64,000 bases of DNA from Sulfolobales archaeon (GTDB taxonomy: Archaea; Thermoproteota; Thermoprotei_A; Sulfolobales; NBVN01), in assembly GCA_026419835.1 (NCBI GenBank), contig JAOAKQ010000002.1, forward strand, positions 3,440-67,439, given 5' to 3'. Positions 49,062 through 57,828 of the stretch are shown piece by piece. Position 1 is the first letter of the stretch, and every line of letters begins with the position of its first letter. The notes below the pieces were generated by a model. That model was not told the origin of the DNA, ran no database searches, and saw nothing but the letters and a program-made list of their open reading frames with translations. The position numbers and the translations under genes are program-made.

Positions 49062-51111
49062 CTCTACCGTGAATTAGAGTCCACAGAGAGCGCAGACTAT
49101 CTTTAAGTGGAAATAGTTCTTCGAATTTAAAGCCCTGCTCTAATCCCTCTTTAACGTACTCCTCTATAAGAGGAACTATCTTCTCGAGTTTACGAAGATT
49201 CGATACTATGGTGCTTATGCCAGAGAAGGGCCCCATAGAATCAAAGAACACCTTCAACAACAAGCCGAGGTCGCTCACTAAGTCAACTAGAGGAGTATCC
49301 GGATCTTCAAGTCTTGCTAGTGGTTCTCTCAGAGGTTCTAGGGAGTTTGCGAGAGCTTCATCTACTTCCTTAACACCAAACTTCATAGTCAACACTCTAC
49401 TAGTGACTGTACTTATGCTAGGTACGGCGGTCTTCTTTAAGTTTGCAACCCAGCTCAGCTTACTCATTAAGTCGGAGCTAGCTACTGTACGTACCTGCGA
49501 AAAGTGGTCTTGGTATATTCCTAGAAGTTCTACCAGATACGGGGCTTCAACTCCGTACGCTTCAGCTATCTCCACGAACTTAGTAGCTTTAGCTACCAGG
49601 TTCTCGAAAGCTCTAGCCACTCCATCTATCTGGCGCTCTACACTGAGGAGGAGTGCCATTATATGTGTGTAGTGCTGTCTTATGGCTCTAGCTCCAACCT
49701 CCGAGCACTTCTCTACATCTCTCAGAGCTAGCTTAAAGCCAAAAACATCGTAGTAAGCAACTGGAATTGTAGACAGGAGGGTTCTCTCCAAGGTATCGCA
49801 TTGAGTTCTGAGGGACTCCGAGATCTTCGAAATAGAGCTGTGGATTATTCCCCACATAGCTACGTCAGACTTCGAAACCGTTACTTCATCGAGTAGCGAG
49901 AGGACGTAGGCTACCGCAGAAGTTGTGCTTAAACTAAATGATACTCTAGCTAGGTCCTGCAGTTCATTGACTATAGACCTGAGTTTCTGGTCGAGATTGG
50001 AGTTAAGAGAACTTAGTTCTCCGTGCGCACCAACTACTCTCAGGTAGTTGGGTATAGTTGAAGAGATAGCCTCACTAGATCTCTGAACGACTAGCTTGCT
50101 GTACTCAATAAACTCTCTTAAGTCCTTTAACGACTCTAGTTCGCCCTCTCTAAAGTAACTCGCAACTTCTTCGAGATGGGAAATCTTACGCTTTAAGATC
50201 TCAATGAGCTCTCTCGAATCTAGAACGTAGCTATGGGCTTCTGCGATATTCTCTGCGTAGTTCCTAACCACGCTCAGAGATAGTACGAAAAGTGGCACCA
50301 GCACGGAGGTTTGTACTAGGACGGGCACCTCCGCCTTAAATACGTACGCAGACACCAAAGCTATCGGAACGGCTATGGCAAGTCTCCTTAAAGCATCTAA
50401 TAGCACTCCTCTAGCGGTTCTTTTATCTTGTAGTGGGCGTACCCTATACGCAGACCTAGTAACTAGAAAACCGAGGAAATACGCTAGCAAAGCCACCGAG
50501 TACTTTAAGAAGACTTCGTATGCGAGAGAGTCCCTACCTACCTCCAGGAACTCGATCGGTATAGCTCTCAGACTACTCAATTCGGTAGCTGAGAACTGTG
50601 CTGCGTATGTTGTAAGTAGTAGAAGGAGGGAGTACGTTGTTAATGACGCAGCGGCTACTACACTAGAAAAAAGCGTCGATAGACCGGTAAGTAGTGCTAG
50701 GGAAGTACTTAGGGAGCTGACCCACGATATAGATAGCATGTAGGTAATTAAGTAGTAGCACGCAGTTATAGCATCATCTAGCTTCCTCAGCTTCGTTACT
50801 AGTACGTATAGAGGAACTACGAGTGTAAGAGTAAGCGATAGCATAGCTATCTCTGCGTAGAGCAGTACGTACACGACACCTCTCAGCACGTACACTACGT
50901 AGAGATAGACCACAACGAGAATAACTGAAAAAGCCGGTATTAGTCCTGGGTATTTGTGTCCAAATAGCGCGATGAGCGCTGTAGATACTAGTAGAGCTAC
51001 TTGCACCTCTAAGTACACTTCAGGATACACTAGCAGAGCTACTACTCCAGCAATTACAACGTAAATAGCTACCGCGATCAGTCTTCTAACTAACAGCTCT
51101 CGAGAAGACAT
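49042..51111 (-). CDS. Polytopic membrane protein with long cytoplasmic helical/coiled-coil tail
   Basis: Multiple hydrophobic segments in the first ~280 aa, amphipathic helical remainder. Confidence 0.75.
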   Translation of the reverse strand: MSSRELLVRRLIAVAIYVVIAGVVALLVYPEVYLEVQVALLVSTALIALFGHKYPGLIPAFSVILVVVYLYVVYVLRGVVYVLLYAEIAMLSLTLTLVVPLYVLVTKLRKLDDAITACYYLITYMLSISWVSSLSTSLALLTGLSTLFSSVVAAASLTTYSLLLLLTTYAAQFSATELSSLRAIPIEFLEVGRDSLAYEVFLKYSVALLAYFLGFLVTRSAYRVRPLQDKRTARGVLLDALRRLAIAVPIALVSAYVFKAEVPVLVQTSVLVPLFVLSLSVVRNYAENIAEAHSYVLDSRELIEILKRKISHLEEVASYFREGELESLKDLREFIEYSKLVVQRSSEAISSTIPNYLRVVGAHGELSSLNSNLDQKLRSIVNELQDLARVSFSLSTTSAVAYVLSLLDEVTVSKSDVAMWGIIHSSISKISESLRTQCDTLERTLLSTIPVAYYDVFGFKLALRDVEKCSEVGARAIRQHYTHIMALLLSVERQIDGVARAFENLVAKATKFVEIAEAYGVEAPYLVELLGIYQDHFSQVRTVASSDLMSKLSWVANLKKTAVPSISTVTSRVLTMKFGVKEVDEALANSLEPLREPLARLEDPDTPLVDLVSDLGLLLKVFFDSMGPFSGISTIVSNLRKLEKIVPLIEEYVKEGLEQGFKFEELFPLKDSLRSLWTLIHGRGEESAV

Positions 51112-51114
51112 GAA

Positions 51115-52107
51115 CTACACCCTAATCACGCTTAGATGTCTCAAGTTCGTCAGTACCTCAATAGCCTTATCTAGAGGGGCTGCCCTAGCTATAGCATCAA
51201 CTCCTTCAGCAATAACGTCCCGCAAACTAAACTCTACTAGGATCCTAACGTCTAGCCTATCGTCGTTTATGAAGTTCACATTTACCTTACTTAAACTCTT
51301 CTCCACTCTCAGAACTTCCTCTTTAAAACCACTCCACACGTCTATGCTTCCTAGGATGAAGCCTTCAGCGAATAGCTTTACACGCCCGGTGTATATGAAG
51401 AACAGTAGGTCTAGAGCGTGAGTTAGGTCCCGAAATAGTGATATGGGCTCGAGTTTAAAGCAGAGAGGTACGAATGTCCCTATAGGAGCTTTTTCGTGAA
51501 GTCGAGTAATGAGTTCAGCTACACACTTCTCTACGTGGTCAGCTATCCCTACTCTAAGCGAGTTCCTCACTACTCTCTCGAAAGATAGTGGGAGAATTGT
51601 ATATCTTCCTTGAGAAACTAGTTCGCTTACTAGAAAAGCCAGGTTCACCTTATCGGCGACATCTATAGTAGTGTAATCGAAGTCTAGAAGCAGTAAGACG
51701 TGCGGCACTATTTCGTAGTTCTTCATCAACTTCAGTAATCTATGCGCTACTAGTAGAGACTCGTCTCGAGTACTAGCAATTATGCTCACGAAAGACGTTA
51801 TCTTAGGACTTACGTGAGAAGCAATCAGTTCCGCCAGCGCATCGTACTCTAAGATTTCAGATTGAGGAATTTGCGGTATCTGCTCTTTTTTCTCTAATGG
51901 CTTGCAGTTAACGTACATTAAGTTATCGAAAGTTCTTGACCTACCCTCAGGGTCGAGCACGAAGACCATCGGATATAGGGCTAAAGTTTTAGAGAATACC
52001 TGAAGGTACTTTCTATGAACTACGAGTATCTTCTCCTGACTCGTTAAGCTAACTCTATTGAGTATGTTGAGGATAAAGTTAAGTACCTCGCTCGTAGCCT
52101 TTCCCAA
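51115..52107 (-). CDS. Highly diverged FtsZ/tubulin-fold protein lacking the GGGTG signature (putative)
   Basis: Order and spacing of strands and helices match FtsZ N- and C-domains by eye; see findings. Confidence 0.55.
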   Translation of the reverse strand: [330 protein letters not shown]

Positions 52108-52190
52108 GTCTTTAAGTCTCCAGGTAAATAAAAGACTTACCGATTTAGATAAAATCGGTTGCTCTAGTTACCGGTCTCTAGTTCTCTTGA

Positions 52191-52580
52191 CTAGATCGTG
52201 CGCGTTCTCCTCTGAACGTATTTCATTAAGCATAGCTCGTTGAGGCTCTTACTGACCTGAACTCTCCACATATGCGTCCACGTGTGCGTAGGTGCGGATG
52301 CTTGTACAGTAGTGGTCGGTGGACCGACTCTATGTAGAGATAGGTGAGCGGCTACCGCTGCTACAGCTGCTGCCACTAAGTTGCTCTCCGCTACCGCCGG
52401 TCTAGGTGCTTCTCTAACTTCAGGCCTTGGAGTGAGTACCTCCGCAGGCATGGGTGGCGGAGTAGCTTCCTTTCTCGCTGGTAAGCGCATGAAGACCTTA
52501 ACTAGAGCTACTATTAGAGCTAGTATTACGAACGCTAGGAAGTAGGCGTACAGCACTGCTAGGATATCGGGACCGCTCAG
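52191..52580 (-). CDS. OadG/MmdD-like subunit of a Na+-translocating decarboxylase
   Basis: N-terminal TM, Pro/Ala linker, LVAAAVAAV, C-terminal W...WR; probable CTG start. Confidence 0.7.
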   Translation of the reverse strand: MSGPDILAVLYAYFLAFVILALIVALVKVFMRLPARKEATPPPMPAEVLTPRPEVREAPRPAVAESNLVAAAVAAVAAHLSLHRVGPPTTTVQASAPTHTWTHMWRVQVSKSLNELCLMKYVQRRTRTI

Positions 52581-52665
52581 CTTAAACCCTAGAGAACGGA
52601 GCCGCAGCTCTTAAAAACATTTCAATAACCACATCCCGCCGGTGAACGTACTTATCAGCTCGAAC

Positions 52666-54174
52666 TCAGTGTTGAACAGCTAGAGCTACTCCCTCACTTC
52701 TAGGATCTGACGCTACCTGCGCTATGTGCTTAGACCTATCTACGAGCGCAGCGTGAACTAAGCCTGTCGAGCCGTAGGCTTCCACTAGCTCCACTAAGAA
52801 GCTAGCTGATTGAGGAGTTCTCAGTCTGGACTCCACCACAACTCTCCTCCCAGCGAGCTCTGTGAATATAAATCGAGGGGAGTCTAAAGCTTGAGGTAGG
52901 CTCATTCCGTACACGAACAGGTTTTCGTATATTCTCGCATGGATCTGGGGTCTCCAATCACCACCAGCACACCCTATGACGTAGGTGCGGTCCCCCTCCT
53001 CTACTCCGAGAATCGATAGAGTGTGCAGGGGCCTTTTTCTAGGTGCTGGGCTATTGGGTAGACCGGCTCTCTTAGCAAAGCCGTACCCCCTATTCTGCAG
53101 TGGGAAACCCAGTGCCACTAGCCCGGAGCCGAATGGGTGGAAGAGGCTCTGTACGACCCCTACCGCAGCCTCACCGTTCGTAACTACGAGAAACGTGGTA
53201 TCGATATCTCCACGAACCTCACCGCCCCCGACCCGCTTACTCAGTAGAAGCTGTCGTGCTTTTCCGTACTCTAGGTACTGAGCTACATCTATCTCCATGT
53301 AGTCCGGGTCCCCCATGAAGAAGTCGCGGAAGCCGTAGGCCACTCTAACTACCTCAGCCCACTTCTCAATTCTAGCTGGGTCGTTGAACGGTAGCTCATC
53401 TAGACCTAGTTCGTGCACCGCAGTTATCATGTGGAGTGTCGTAGCTCCCTGAGTATTCGGAGGTAGCTCGTACAGTACTCTCCCACCTACATCCAGCTTT
53501 AGAGGTCTCACCTCGTAGCCTTCGTGCTCCATCAAGTCCTCCAGCCCTATGTCGACTCCCTGAACCCGCAGTTCATCTACTAACTTCTCGGCCAACTTAC
53601 CGTAGTAGAACTCGTCCCACCCCCTCGTAGCTATGGTTCTGAGAGTTCTAGCCGCCTCCTTGTTAGACACCAGGGAGCCCGGCTCTATACCCTTGTAGTA
53701 CTTCGACCAGCTGAACTTCTCGAGCTCCCCCTCAGCTTGCTTTGAAGCTCTAGCTAGGTAGTAGCTCGCGTAGAAGCCGCTGTACGCGAGCGATATTGCT
53801 GGGCGGAGGAGTCTTTCGAGAGGTAGCTTACAGAACTCCTCGCTAATGAATCCCCACAGGTAGCTTAAGCCTGGCACAGTTACGGTGAGAGGTCCTCTCC
53901 TAGGTGCTTGCTTTAGATACTCTTCAGTACTGAAGCCGGATGGGGACCTACCGCTAGACATGATGGCAACGACGTTGCCATCTAGGAACGCGAGCATGAA
54001 CCCATCCCCTCCGAGACCGCCGGTGTGAGGGAGTACTACGGATAGAACCGCGCTAGCGGCTATTGCGGCATCGAACGCGTTGCCTCCGTCCTGCAGTACC
54101 TCGATAGCGGCTTTAGTAGCGAGTGGTGAGTCTGTGGAAGCTCCCTTTACACCAAAGAGGGACTTCACGACCAA
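52666..54174 (-). CDS. ggt: Gamma-glutamyltransferase family protein
   Basis: GGNAFDAAIA, GLGGDGF, TVPG, PPNTQG, DTT nucleophile, FGSG, NRG, SDPR. Start uncertain (54168-54207). Confidence 0.9.
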   Translation of the reverse strand: MVVKSLFGVKGASTDSPLATKAAIEVLQDGGNAFDAAIAASAVLSVVLPHTGGLGGDGFMLAFLDGNVVAIMSSGRSPSGFSTEEYLKQAPRRGPLTVTVPGLSYLWGFISEEFCKLPLERLLRPAISLAYSGFYASYYLARASKQAEGELEKFSWSKYYKGIEPGSLVSNKEAARTLRTIATRGWDEFYYGKLAEKLVDELRVQGVDIGLEDLMEHEGYEVRPLKLDVGGRVLYELPPNTQGATTLHMITAVHELGLDELPFNDPARIEKWAEVVRVAYGFRDFFMGDPDYMEIDVAQYLEYGKARQLLLSKRVGGGEVRGDIDTTFLVVTNGEAAVGVVQSLFHPFGSGLVALGFPLQNRGYGFAKRAGLPNSPAPRKRPLHTLSILGVEEGDRTYVIGCAGGDWRPQIHARIYENLFVYGMSLPQALDSPRFIFTELAGRRVVVESRLRTPQSASFLVELVEAYGSTGLVHAALVDRSKHIAQVASDPRSEGVALAVQH

Positions 54175-54295
54175 TACCGACACCAAGTAGATGTAGACCT
54201 CCAGCATATAACCTCCAGCACACCCCGAGTTTAGCTCAAAATCTCCAGAGCGTCAGCATTATATGAGAAGATGTGAGTACGTACTGGTACTCGGC

Positions 54296-55357
54296 ATGGT
54301 TAGAGTGTGGATCGACGTGCTGACGTCTAAGCAGGGGACCCTCCTCGGGACTCTCGCTAGAGAACTTGAGGACTCGGGCTTCGAGGTCCTGGTGACGTGC
54401 CGCGACTACGAGTACACCTGCGGAGTTCTGGAAGCTCTAGGAGTTCGCTACGTATCAGTCGGTAGGTACTCGGAGGGAGGCCCCTACTCCAAGGTCTACG
54501 AAGACGGGCTCAGAATCTCCGCTCTGGCGGAACTAGTTCAAAAGTTCTCGCCGAACTACCTAGTGGCCTACCCAAACCCACCGGCCGCCAGGGTAGCGTA
54601 TGGCGTGGGCATTAAGTACGTAGCTCTAACCGACTCACCGCACTCAGTCATTCCCAGTAGGCTCTCGCTACCCCTAGCCGACTTCGTGATATTCTCTGAG
54701 TGCATCCCGGTCGACGAGGTGAGGGTTTACGTAAGCGAGAAGTTCACCAAGCTGCTCACGTATAGAGGTGTAGATGAGGTTGGGTGGATTAAGAGGCTTA
54801 AACCTAGGGAAGAAGACATTAGGGAGCTGGGGCTCAAACCGTGGAGCTACGTAGTCTTTAGACCGGCCGAGGAGCTAGCTACCTACTACAGAAACGTAGT
54901 GCTTCCGCGAACTGAGGATGTTCTGAGAGTACTACTCGAGTTCGGGTACGACATCGTTCTACTTCCACGCTACTCTAGTCACAGAGAATTTAGGAGTGAG
55001 AGAGTTGTTATTCCTGAGAGAGGCTTCGTAGGTCCTTCGCTAACACACTACGCGAAGCTCGTTGTTACTGGTGGTGCTTCAATAGCTAGAGAAGCGGCTC
55101 TCCTCGGAACGCCCTCGATAACCTACACGCCCCTAGAGTTGAGAGTAAACTCCTGCGTAGAGAGCTGGGGCTTTCCGCTCAGGAAGGCTAGGTCCCTACT
55201 AGAACTAGAGGAGCTATCCGCTCAGCTGCTCGAGGAGCCGGTAGGCTTCAGGAAGCTCTACGTAGATAGAGCTACCTCACTCGAAGACCCTCTGACAATA
55301 GCTAAGGAGGTACTCACAAGCGAGGAAAGCTCGAAGTCTCGAGGGCTGGGTAGATGA
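54296..55357 (+). CDS. DUF354 family protein (GT-B-like)
   Basis: VWIDVLT.KQ, DSPH, Y.GVDE, R.AEE.A.Y, GG..IAREAALLGTP. Confidence 0.85.
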   Translation: MVRVWIDVLTSKQGTLLGTLARELEDSGFEVLVTCRDYEYTCGVLEALGVRYVSVGRYSEGGPYSKVYEDGLRISALAELVQKFSPNYLVAYPNPPAARVAYGVGIKYVALTDSPHSVIPSRLSLPLADFVIFSECIPVDEVRVYVSEKFTKLLTYRGVDEVGWIKRLKPREEDIRELGLKPWSYVVFRPAEELATYYRNVVLPRTEDVLRVLLEFGYDIVLLPRYSSHREFRSERVVIPERGFVGPSLTHYAKLVVTGGASIAREAALLGTPSITYTPLELRVNSCVESWGFPLRKARSLLELEELSAQLLEEPVGFRKLYVDRATSLEDPLTIAKEVLTSEESSKSRGLGR

Positions 55358-56196
55358 AGGTATATGTAACTCTGTGGTACAAGGACTTCAGGAGGAGGAG
55401 TGTAGTAGAGGAAGTTCTAGACGGGGGGTTCGATGGGTTTGAGCTGAGCTTAGACTACCCACTCTGCGGTACCTTAAGGTTAGAGCGAATTCCGCAGATC
55501 AAGGACCTTTCGAAGGCTGGGCTCGGCACCGGCATCCACCTACCGTGGCGGGAGGTCTACCTAGCCTCACCTATTGAGGAAATTAGGAGAACTTCGCTGA
55601 ACTACGTAGTTAAGTGCCTCGCAGAAGCTATGCCGCTGAATCCTACGTACGCCGTACTCCACCTAGTCACGGACCAGGCCACCTGCTCTAACGGTGAGGA
55701 GCTCTGCCTATCTGCCGCTGTGAGTTCTCTGGAGGTACTGGTTGGTGTTGCTGAAGAGTACGGAGTAAGGCTGTACGTAGAGACGACGAGGAACTACTGC
55801 TGCGGGAGCTTAGAGCACTCAGTTAGGTACCCGAGGAGGGGGCTGGGGGTCTGCCTAGACATCCCGCACGTCGTTGAGAGGTACAGCAGGCTGCTCAGAA
55901 GACCCGTAGGTCTTAGCGAAATAGTGGCTAGCGCACCGCCGGCATCTCTTGAAGTGGTTGAGTGCGTACACCTCCACGGGTACTCCATGAGTGGTTACCA
56001 CGTAGTGGAATCCCACATAGAGCCATCTAGAGAGGTGCTCGGCGAGTACCTCGAGGTCTTGAAGAGCGGTAGGCTGAAGCCCAGGTACACAGTGCTGGAG
56101 TCCTTCTTCTCCTCATTTACCGCGAAGCAGATCAGGTTCAGCGAGCTTAGGTGGTGCGTCGATGAGCTCAAGAAGAATTACGCTAGGTATCGATGA
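55354..56196 (+). CDS. Sugar phosphate isomerase/epimerase TIM-barrel (AP endonuclease 2 family)
   Basis: IHLPW, VLH, VE, CLDIPH, VHLH, VLE. Confidence 0.75.
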   Translation: MKVYVTLWYKDFRRRSVVEEVLDGGFDGFELSLDYPLCGTLRLERIPQIKDLSKAGLGTGIHLPWREVYLASPIEEIRRTSLNYVVKCLAEAMPLNPTYAVLHLVTDQATCSNGEELCLSAAVSSLEVLVGVAEEYGVRLYVETTRNYCCGSLEHSVRYPRRGLGVCLDIPHVVERYSRLLRRPVGLSEIVASAPPASLEVVECVHLHGYSMSGYHVVESHIEPSREVLGEYLEVLKSGRLKPRYTVLESFFSSFTAKQIRFSELRWCVDELKKNYARYR

Positions 56197-56818
56197 AGCC
56201 GGTAGAGGCTCTCTCGTGGGGGACATGTTCGTGGTAGGTATCGGGGTTGCTGACGAGCGTGTTGAGCTACTGAGGAAGTCCGGTGTGAGAGATAGTAAAA
56301 CCCTCAGCAAAACCAGGAGGCTGAGGCTGCTCCCGGACGTGGTGGCACACTCCGATATCATAGTGGTCTGCCGAGTGGGACCTGACGAGATAGATAGGGA
56401 TAACATCAACGACCTAGAGGTCCGCGCTGTGGAGAGAATACTGAAGCACGTTAAGTCCAGGGGTAGGTACTTATCTAAGGTATTAGTGGACGAGATAGCC
56501 GGGCGGAGGAAGGTCATCGAGAGCGTAGCCAGGGAGCTGTACCCGGGCGTGGAGGCGGTCGTGAAGCCCGATGCTGATAGGGACTTCGCGCAGGTATCGG
56601 CGGCCTCCATAGTAGCTAAGTGCCTTAGGGATGAGCTTGTTAAGATGCTTGGATCCACCTACGGGGATTTCGGGAGCGGGTATCCATCAGATCCGCGCAC
56701 AATAAAGTGGCTGAAGTCCGCGGTGCGGAGTGGTTCAGTACCCGGCTGCGTTAGGAAGTCTTGGAAGACCCTGCGAAGAGCTCTCGCTGAGACCTCGAGC
56801 CAGTACGCTGAGAAGTAG
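56162..56818 (+). CDS. rnhB: Ribonuclease HII
   Basis: GIDEAGRG, VRDSK, VSAASIVAK..RD, GSGYPSDP. Confidence 0.95.
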   Translation: MSSRRITLGIDEAGRGSLVGDMFVVGIGVADERVELLRKSGVRDSKTLSKTRRLRLLPDVVAHSDIIVVCRVGPDEIDRDNINDLEVRAVERILKHVKSRGRYLSKVLVDEIAGRRKVIESVARELYPGVEAVVKPDADRDFAQVSAASIVAKCLRDELVKMLGSTYGDFGSGYPSDPRTIKWLKSAVRSGSVPGCVRKSWKTLRRALAETSSQYAEK

Positions 56819-56885
56819 CCCTATGTCTTCCGGTGGTGCTTACTTCTTTATATCGGTTAGACGGATTCCGTATCGGTAGTTTGAG

Positions 56886-57746
56886 TTGATTTCTAGAAGC
56901 TATGCTAGGAGAATGTGTCAATCCGAGTACGTAGCCCACAGAGCGTACCTCTATGTCGGTAGGTACCTAGTTAGAGGAGGTCTCCGAGAAGCACTACTAA
57001 GTGCCTCTCTGAACGAGCTAGGGCACTACAACTTCTGGAAGAAGTTCGGTGATTGCCGCGGTCCCCTAGTTTTCTTGAAGATATTCTCGTTCATAGCGTT
57101 TACGGCACTCTTCGGTGTTACGGCCCTAGTTAAGCTCCTGGAGAGGATCGAGGGAGATACCGGCAGAGTGTACGAGGAGCTGGCTAGAAGCAGCCCGGAG
57201 CTCTCCGAGGAACTCCTAGCTCTATCGAGAGATGAGAGCGAGCACGAAGCGAAGTTCGCCAATAGCATAGACGAGACCAGAGTCCGGTACCTGAGCTCCA
57301 TAACCCTCGGGGTGGCTGACGCTATCATTGAGCTAACGGGTATATACGCTGGAGCCATAGGCGTGCTCGAATCAGCTAGAACCGTTGGAGTAATTGGCCT
57401 AATAGCTGGCGTGTCGGCGTCAGTATCTATGGCTGTAGCATCGTACACTCAGGCGAAGCACGAGGTGGGAAAGAAGCCCCACCTGGCGGCTGCGTACACC
57501 GGCATATCGTACCTAGCCGCGGCGTCGGTGCTAGCGGCTCCGTACTTCCTAGTAGAGGCCGCGCTAGCGGCGTTCATCTTCATGGTGCTTAACGCCGTTC
57601 TAGTGATCGCTTACGTCTCGGTGTACGGCTCCGTACTGCTAGGTAGGAGCTACGCTGGGGAGTTCCTATCTAACGTAGCCCTCCTGCTAGGCGTTTCGGC
57701 AGCTCTATACGCTATAGGTAGAGCTGTGGGAGCTCTCGCACACTAG
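56886..57746 (+). CDS. Ferritin-like/VIT1-CCC1 fusion (putative metal exporter)
   Basis: ExxH motifs (ELGH, ESEHE), then LGVADAIIELTG, SVSMA and TM helices. Confidence 0.82.
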   Translation: MISRSYARRMCQSEYVAHRAYLYVGRYLVRGGLREALLSASLNELGHYNFWKKFGDCRGPLVFLKIFSFIAFTALFGVTALVKLLERIEGDTGRVYEELARSSPELSEELLALSRDESEHEAKFANSIDETRVRYLSSITLGVADAIIELTGIYAGAIGVLESARTVGVIGLIAGVSASVSMAVASYTQAKHEVGKKPHLAAAYTGISYLAAASVLAAPYFLVEAALAAFIFMVLNAVLVIAYVSVYGSVLLGRSYAGEFLSNVALLLGVSAALYAIGRAVGALAH

Positions 57747-57828
57747 CTTCAGCCATCTTTCACAATAGCAGCTTAAGCGAGGTCGAGCTAGAGAAGAACG
57801 AGCTAGAAGGAAAAGTGAGTAAGCTCGG

